In this document: positions 59,168 through 64,000 of the stretch, one piece after another
How the letters are laid out: each line of letters starts with the position of its first letter
Position numbering within the stretch: position 1 is the first letter of the stretch
Assembly: GCA_951406725.2 (NCBI GenBank)
Contig: OX597823.1
Span: 34,844,001 to 34,908,000 of the forward strand
Source of the DNA: Octopus vulgaris
Taxonomy: Eukaryota
Direction: 5' to 3'
DNA length: 64,000 nt
Notes under the pieces: generated by a model
Seen by the model: only the letters and a program-made list of their open reading frames with translations
Told to the model about the DNA's origin: nothing
The model's database searches: none
Program-made: the position numbers and the translations under genes

Positions 59168-62123
59168 AATATATAATTATGTATATATATATACACACAC
59201 ATATACATATACGCATAGTTCTTAAGGCCGTAATTTGTTCACACACAACAGCTTCAGAGCTTTGTCTCTAATTCAGTTCTTAACCAAATTGAAAACTGTT
59301 AACTTTGTTGAAGAGGTCTGGTCCTTAGTTACATTTTGGCATAAAAAAAATTGAGATTTGGTCTAGCAGAAAAAGTTTACATCAAAAATGGTAGCATCAT
59401 TATAGGAGAGTAAATAACATCTCCAATCAAGTTTAGATCTAAATAGTTTTTTAATTTTAAAAGCAAAAGATATTTATCCTAGCTTCAATGATAGAAGAAA
59501 GCATGACAATTTCAAAGTTTTGCTCCCATGAAACAAAAATTTATATAAAAAAAAGTTGTGAGGTAAAATATCATGAAAAAATATCAGTAAGGCAAAAAAT
59601 TGGATTTAAATAGAATTAAATTTTTTATTTTAAAACCAAACTATATTTTAATTAAGCTTAAATGATAGAGCTCAATTTGAGGAATTTAATGGTATCAATC
59701 TCATGCAATGAAGTTTTAAAAGAAAAAAGTTATGACTGTTTGTTTCTCAAATTTGAGGGCGATAATATAGTTCTATACTTTTTATGAATATAGTTTTCTA
59801 AGGGGACTTTTAAAATATGTCACTGTCATCAATGAGGTAAGGAAAAAATTATCAATGATACCACTGATTTACAATTAGTTTAATTACATCACCTGTATTA
59901 ATTAATGCAATTATATCATATAAACACAGTCCCGTAATATCTGAGATGAAAAAGAAGTTTTAAAAGAAAAAAAGTTATGAGTGTTTGTTTCTCAAATTTA
60001 AGGGTGATAACATAGTTCTATATTTTTTCATGAATATAGTTCTAGAAGGGGACTTCTAATGTAATAAATGTGAAAACTAATTTCTGTGTGTCAGTGTGTC
60101 ACACTTAGACCCCACTCTCTCACTATTCAATGACACTCCAACTATTCCTCATGATAGGGTGAGAGTAATAGTAGGCAGAGACAGTGAGGGTCTCTAAATT
60201 AAGCCGCTACTGCACCTATATATATAAATACATACATACATAAATATATATATATATATGTATACATACATACAAACATACATACATACACACACACAAT
60301 TACATGTTTTAGAAACCTCAATAATTTTATTTACAAACCTCAACAATTTTATGATGCTTCAAATGAATCATGCAGACAATAAGCTTTGCTCGGAGGTCAA
60401 TTGGTAGTAATTCAGGTGCTGTACACCTATATAAAATAGTTACATATATGTGAGTCAGACAGTACACCATGTAGTAACACTTCACAATTCATAGAGCATC
60501 ATTTAACAATCATTTATTATATTAAAACAGAAGCAGCAAAACGAAGAAAACAAAATAAATCAATTTCTACTCTCAGTCAGGTGTGTTTCACTTCAGCTGC
60601 ATACAGTGTTGAATGAAGGTATTACTCTTAAAAATAGAAATTCATAGAAGCAAAATCCTTAAATAAATATGACTTCATTTTCATTCTGTTACTGGAAAAT
60701 ATCAGGACATCATCATCATCATCATTGTTTATGATGATGATGATGTCCTGATATTTTCCAGTAACAGAAGGAAAATGAAGTCATATTTATTTAAGGATTT
60801 TGCTTCTATGAATTTCTATTTTTAAGAGTAATACCTTCATTCAACATTGTATGCAGCTAAAGTGAAACACACCTGACTGGAAGCTTTTTTTTATCATATT
60901 CCTTATCAAGTCCTCTGGTTTAAAGGTCTAAGTTGAGGATACACTCCAGCATTTCAACATAGAGAATATTATGTAACTGACACAAAACTGAATTTACACA
61001 TCCAGAGAAAATTTTAATATTCTATGAATTTTAAGATGTATTTGAATTTAAGTTCAATCAAGGGCTGTATATTTTACTCTTTCTCTAATTTCAGTCATTG
61101 AACAGTCACATTGGGGTACTGCTTTCAAGGGTTTTACCTCAGTATATCAACTTCATACAAATTTTATTGATTTTTTATGGGAAAAGTAATTAGTTTTCAT
61201 ACTTTAAATGATGCATTGGAAATATGATCCTTCACACACATAATTCACAACCCTGACTTTTTTTTTGTTTCCTCTTAAACCACCTTATTACTCTAGGTAG
61301 CTTGGGAATTATGTGAATCAAGAATCAATTGATAATGTTTGATAGTGCAGGACATGATTAGGAATTCCATCCCAAATCATTAGTTTACATGCACAGAAGT
61401 CATTGGCAGATATTTTCCTGTGATGTCATTAACAACCTGCTTGCTATCACCTCTAGCAATGTTAGAAGTGATAGCAAGCTTAATGGAGAAGAGGTAGAAA
61501 ATGCTGGGGAATGTAAGTGAATCTTGGAATACACCAAAATAGACAGAGTGTATGTGTCAGAAAGATCCCTATCAGTGCATACAGTAATGGCATAATTTAA
61601 TGAGAAGCTTTCAATCCAATACACGACTGGCAGATAGAGAGGTATAATCAATCAATATTTCATCAGCACAATTTATATATGACAAATTATCTATATTATT
61701 TTTATGGAGATGTACTTGCATAGCAAGTGACCTGATATGAGATGGTGTGCTGAAACAAAAACAATTGCAGCGTGGAAGGTGTTTATAAGTCATTTAAAAA
61801 CACAGCACGGAATTTTGTCAGTGAACAGGTTGTGGTTTCAAAGCAGCGAAAATATTTTGACAAATTAAATGTAAATGTTGAAGTGAATCTAATGGTTTTT
61901 GTGTGTTTTTAAATGGCTTATAAACACCTTCCATGCTGCAATTGTATCTATATTAGATATTTATGAAAAATAGAAGAGAAAATCAAACATAAAAGTTCAT
62001 AAATTAAACTTACTTTACAGGAATTAATCGTCCATCAACCAAACCATCGGGAACATAAAGTGACTCACAACTCCAGTTAAATTTTTCAAATTCAAAAACA
62101 ACACCACAGAATTTCACCAACAG
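37778..62123 (-). CDS. GTF3C3: General transcription factor IIIC subunit 3 (TFIIIC102, TPR protein), 3' part: 15 exons, 522 aa; 5' exons lie beyond the window
   Basis: Exons, 5' to 3': 62123-62014, 60426-60339, 58884-58738, 56671-56488, 55078-55050, 54024-53895, 52643-52569, 50996-50953, 49148-49044, 45995-45909, 44539-44441, 42976-42901, 41535-41411, 41246-41088, 37888-37778. All GT-AG and phase-compatible, 1569 nt. Motifs [48 protein letters not shown] and [14 protein letters not shown] match human GTF3C3 as recalled. Confidence 0.95.
38027..38064 (-). ncRNA. Degenerate minimal hammerhead fold (C3U), sense in the last GTF3C3 intron
   Basis: UCCA-UUGACGA-G-GUUAC(AAAA)GCAAU-GAA-AAUU-U-UGGA. 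Confidence 0.45.
41088..41246 (-). CDS. GTF3C3: GTF3C3 exon (…[16 protein letters not shown]…)
   Basis: Conserved YNxGRxxHQLGL TPR. Confidence 0.96.
41411..41535 (-). CDS. GTF3C3: GTF3C3 exon ([30 protein letters not shown]…)
   Basis: Conserved C-terminal TPR region. Confidence 0.96.
41806..42415 (+). mobile_element. RTE-clade LINE C-terminal fragment
   Basis: [49 protein letters not shown]. Confidence 0.93.
42901..42976 (-). CDS. GTF3C3: GTF3C3 exon ([25 protein letters not shown])
   Basis: Similar to human LNGHNAFVSGSFKHAL. Confidence 0.95.
43204..43536 (+). mobile_element. mariner-derived MITE
   Basis: TA-flanked TIRs ctgatcaataa/ttattgatcag; internal [12 protein letters not shown] transposase N-terminus. 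Confidence 0.75.
44441..44539 (-). CDS. GTF3C3: GTF3C3 exon (…AWNLFNQV…[12 protein letters not shown])
   Basis: Similar to human LWNIFNQV…RHHRFCLRLMLK. Confidence 0.96.
44990..45710 (-). mobile_element. hAT (Charlie/Buster-like) transposase C-terminal remnant
   Basis: KKLLLWCQ…NFPSL…LSKLFDGYF and [11 protein letters not shown] dimerisation-like motif. Confidence 0.65.
45909..45995 (-). CDS. GTF3C3: GTF3C3 exon ([29 protein letters not shown])
   Basis: Similar to human ELEYFGL…KAYNYIR. Confidence 0.9.
46071..46160 (-). other. Diverged tandem duplicate of GTF3C3 exon 45909-45995 (candidate alternative exon or pseudo-exon)
   Basis: [30 protein letters not shown]; 34/48 nt identical to the neighbour over the first 16 codons; acceptor ttattctcag, weak donor AAT|gtactt. 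Confidence 0.6.
46920..47680 (-). mobile_element. mariner transposase pseudogene
   Basis: [36 protein letters not shown] motifs. Confidence 0.9.
48400..48960 (-). mobile_element. RTE-clade LINE fragment
   Basis: [10 protein letters not shown]…[14 protein letters not shown]…IQEGII; homologous to 33070-33400. Confidence 0.85.
49044..49148 (-). CDS. GTF3C3: GTF3C3 exon ([22 protein letters not shown]…EEKYK)
   Basis: Phase 0/0, 35 codons, strong pyrimidine tract. Confidence 0.85.
50953..50996 (-). CDS. GTF3C3: GTF3C3 exon ([14 protein letters not shown])
   Basis: Similar to human LTKDDWWNLLLK; GT-AG. Confidence 0.85.
51049..51600 (-). mobile_element. Penelope-like reverse transcriptase core fragment
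   Basis: [31 protein letters not shown]. Confidence 0.88.
52210..52433 (+). mobile_element. mariner 3' end with TIR
   Basis: [27 protein letters not shown], then ttatgggatgacccaata|ta. Confidence 0.7.
52569..52643 (-). CDS. GTF3C3: GTF3C3 exon ([24 protein letters not shown])
   Basis: Phase 1/1, good splice sites. Confidence 0.8.
53895..54024 (-). CDS. GTF3C3: GTF3C3 exon ([21 protein letters not shown]…)
   Basis: GT-AG, in phase, helical-repeat character. Confidence 0.88.
55050..55078 (-). CDS. GTF3C3: GTF3C3 29-nt micro-exon ([10 protein letters not shown])
   Basis: Acceptor tttcttaatcag, donor CGA|gtaagt; needed to bridge phase 1 to phase 0. Confidence 0.75.
55167..55973 (-). mobile_element. 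Non-autonomous Helitron
   Basis: Minus-strand 5' TCTATTATATAAAA…ctgtctgtctgtgtg; 3' hairpin CCGTCTA-T-TAGATGG, then CTTG|t. Confidence 0.65.
56488..56671 (-). CDS. GTF3C3: GTF3C3 exon ([11 protein letters not shown]…[13 protein letters not shown]…)
   Basis: TPR repeats; similar to human ARISLSTLQQQLG. Confidence 0.96.
57540..58370 (-). mobile_element. mariner transposase pseudogene
   Basis: [14 protein letters not shown] and the upstream HTH/WVP-region remnant. Confidence 0.8.
58738..58884 (-). CDS. GTF3C3: GTF3C3 exon (…[14 protein letters not shown]…YNE)
   Basis: TPR; similar to human GDLYLDVAEAF. Confidence 0.96.
58965..59210. repeat. (TG)n/(TA)n compound microsatellite
   Basis: Seen directly. 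Confidence 0.95.
60339..60426 (-). CDS. GTF3C3: GTF3C3 exon ([22 protein letters not shown]…)
   Basis: Similar to human VPIDITVKLMVCLVHL. Confidence 0.93.
60574..60879. repeat. 149-bp-arm inverted repeat with 8-nt loop
   Basis: 60574-60722 vs 60731-60879; 3 mismatches counted by eye. Confidence 0.95.
61814..61864 (+). ncRNA. Putative minimal type I hammerhead with G3-C8 swapped core
   Basis: UUUGUCA-GUGAACA-G-GUUGU(9 nt)GCAGC-GAA-AAUAUU-U-UGACAAA, inside the PLE-like repeat 61702-61946. Confidence 0.55.
62014..62123 (-). CDS. GTF3C3: GTF3C3 exon ([12 protein letters not shown]…IPVK)
   Basis: Acceptor ttttaag, donor AA|gtaagt, phase matches the next exon. Confidence 0.85.
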
Positions 62124-62859
62124 CTTAAAAAATATGAAAGCAAATAGATATGCTCATGAAATTTCTGAATGAAAAGCAATATTCAAAACTTAATATTAAG
62201 AAATTATTTCTTTTTTAACTCAGAAGACAAGACCTTTTAGTAATATCATATAACAGAAATATTATATTACAACTGTAAACAATCCCAGAAACTCTCTTCC
62301 TTTCATGTGCAGACATAAGTATCCCACTCACTACCCAAGCAAAATCTCTCAAAGAACTTTAAGAATGTCACCATAAATATTAGCATAATGGAAGGTAGAT
62401 ACACAGAGATTGTAGAAATACTTGAGTGATGACAATTAGATTTATACTGTAAGACAATTAGATTTATACAGGCAAGATGGAGAGAAGTCTCAGCCTTTAT
62501 CTTCACAAACAAAATCCATTTATTCATTTGTTCAATGTCTATTTTTCCATGCTAACTGGGGTTAGATGGGATGATACTTGAAGCAAGAATATTGTGGCTT
62601 GATGCTTTTCTTACAAACATTTACCTGTTTCATAAGTAACTATATTTTAGTTCCAGAAGAATTCAAAAGCACAGAACAAGTGGATAATTTGTTGGCAGGA
62701 AGTATCAACAAACAACATCTGTTGTACACACACGTGCAAACAAACAACAGTCTTCAGTCAGTTTCCATCTCCCAAATTCCCTCAGTGCACAGTGGAAATG
62801 AACCCAGGACTAGTAGTTCACACAGTCATATCTGTGCCAATACACAGGTACATTTTTTT

Positions 62860-63090
62860 CTAGACAGGTAACAATGTTCAAATGAATGATGACATATAAT
62901 AGGCAGAGAAATGTATAGAGTAACTGAAGTAGTCATAGGCAATACAACAGCAATAGTCATCTTTGCATATACACCATCAGAAGTTACAGATGATCCAAAG
63001 GACAGTTTTCATGACAGCCTCTTGCAAAACCTCAATAACAAATGACAAAGCCATAAAAACTAAGAGATAGACCTGGAAAGAGTGAGGGAA
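62860..63090 (+). mobile_element. Decayed RTE endonuclease fragment
   Basis: IVIFAYTPSEVTDDPKDSFHDSL resembles the APE I.xYAP…KD.FY..L motif. Confidence 0.5.
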
Positions 63091-63387
63091 AGTAAGCCTG
63101 CAATATCAGATAGCTAAATATTGGATATACTTAGCAAGGAGAGTGGTTGAAAATAAGTAGTCTGCCTAAGTTCTGTAATTTGAAGATTAGATGTATGAAT
63201 TTTCTGAATTGCAAAGTAGTATAATCAGTGTGAGTTGGGATGTCGGTGTAAAGTGTCAATGTAATAATATATATACATGCATGTTCATTACAATCAAAAA
63301 TAAAAGAGGCATGGAAATGCCATGATGAGAGGTTGCTAAATGGGGAGAGTGCATCATATAAATATGGATTACAATATGTAGACCCAT

Positions 63388-63660
63388 GGAGGCGCAATAG
63401 CCCAGTGATTAGGGCAGCGGACTCGCGGTCAGAGGATCACGGTTTCACTTCCCAGACTGAATTTTGTGGGTGTTTATTGAGCGAAAACACCTAAAGCTCC
63501 ATAAGGCTCTGGGAGTGGGTGGTGGTGACCCCTGTTGTACTCTTTCGCCACAACTTTCTCTCACTCTTCCTTCCTGTTTCTTGAGTAATGCTGTGATGGA
63601 CTGGCATCCCATCCAGCTGGAGGGAACACATACGCCACAGAAACCGGACCCATGGTCGTA
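63388..63660 (+). mobile_element. tRNA-derived SINE
   Basis: ggaggcgcaatagcccagtgattagggcagcggactcgcgg…ggtttcacttccc A/B-box head and actggcatcccatccag tail. Confidence 0.7.
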
Positions 63661-64000
63661 AGCTCAACACTCTAACCACTGAGCCATGTGCCTTCACATA
63701 TGCATTTACACATGTATTTAAAGGGATATAGGAAGAGAATACTTTGACATGAAATTTGCGGTATTTGTAGTCACTGGTACTCTTGCTGTTGTTTTTTTTT
63801 GCTTTACTTATCAATAGTTTCAAACATTCTAGAGAGTGATACTTGTGTCACACAAGTGTTTGCCACCTTAAGTTTTGATGTGTTGCCCCCTTTTTCACCA
63901 GTGCAATTCAGGATTCAAATTTCTTGGAACTACAGACAGACGACAGACCTTCTAGTATGACAGTCAGTGAATCATGTACATCTGCAACAATGAAATATCA

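Noticed and set aside
59710-60055. ~100-bp direct duplication (59710-59809 and 59954-60055)
   Set aside because: Probably the internal repeat of an unclassified AT-rich transposon; no functional signal.
61400-61651. YAITV…EVIASRL as PIF1 helicase motifs V-VI
   Set aside because: Too degenerate to call without an HMM search.

Overview
Eukaryotic, AT-rich, intron- and repeat-dense DNA; the repeat content points to a coleoid cephalopod, probably Octopus (inferred from recognition, no search run). It holds two convergent spliced genes, assembled by hand. ATF6 is on + and complete: 14 coding exons, 4210-29731, 1956 nt, 651 aa. GTF3C3/TFIIIC102 is on - and only its 3' part is present: 15 coding exons, 62123-37778, 522 aa. 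The remainder is Helitrons, decayed RTE, CR1, L1/Tx1 and Penelope-like retroelements, mariner, hAT and piggyBac remnants, tRNA-derived SINEs and microsatellites. Most ORF-track entries are repeat artefacts. Best leads: (1) several minimal type I hammerhead-ribozyme folds with non-canonical cores (U4C, G3-C8 swap, C3U) in Penelope-like terminal repeats inside introns, best preserved antisense to the host gene; (2) a diverged tandem duplicate of a GTF3C3 exon, a candidate mutually exclusive exon; (3) a 149-bp near-perfect fold-back close to a GTF3C3 acceptor; (4) ATF6 peculiarities: Arg in place of the S2P Asn, tandem PDSM motifs plus a DSGIES degron, and an overlapping out-of-frame uORF. No prokaryotic system or CRISPR array is present.
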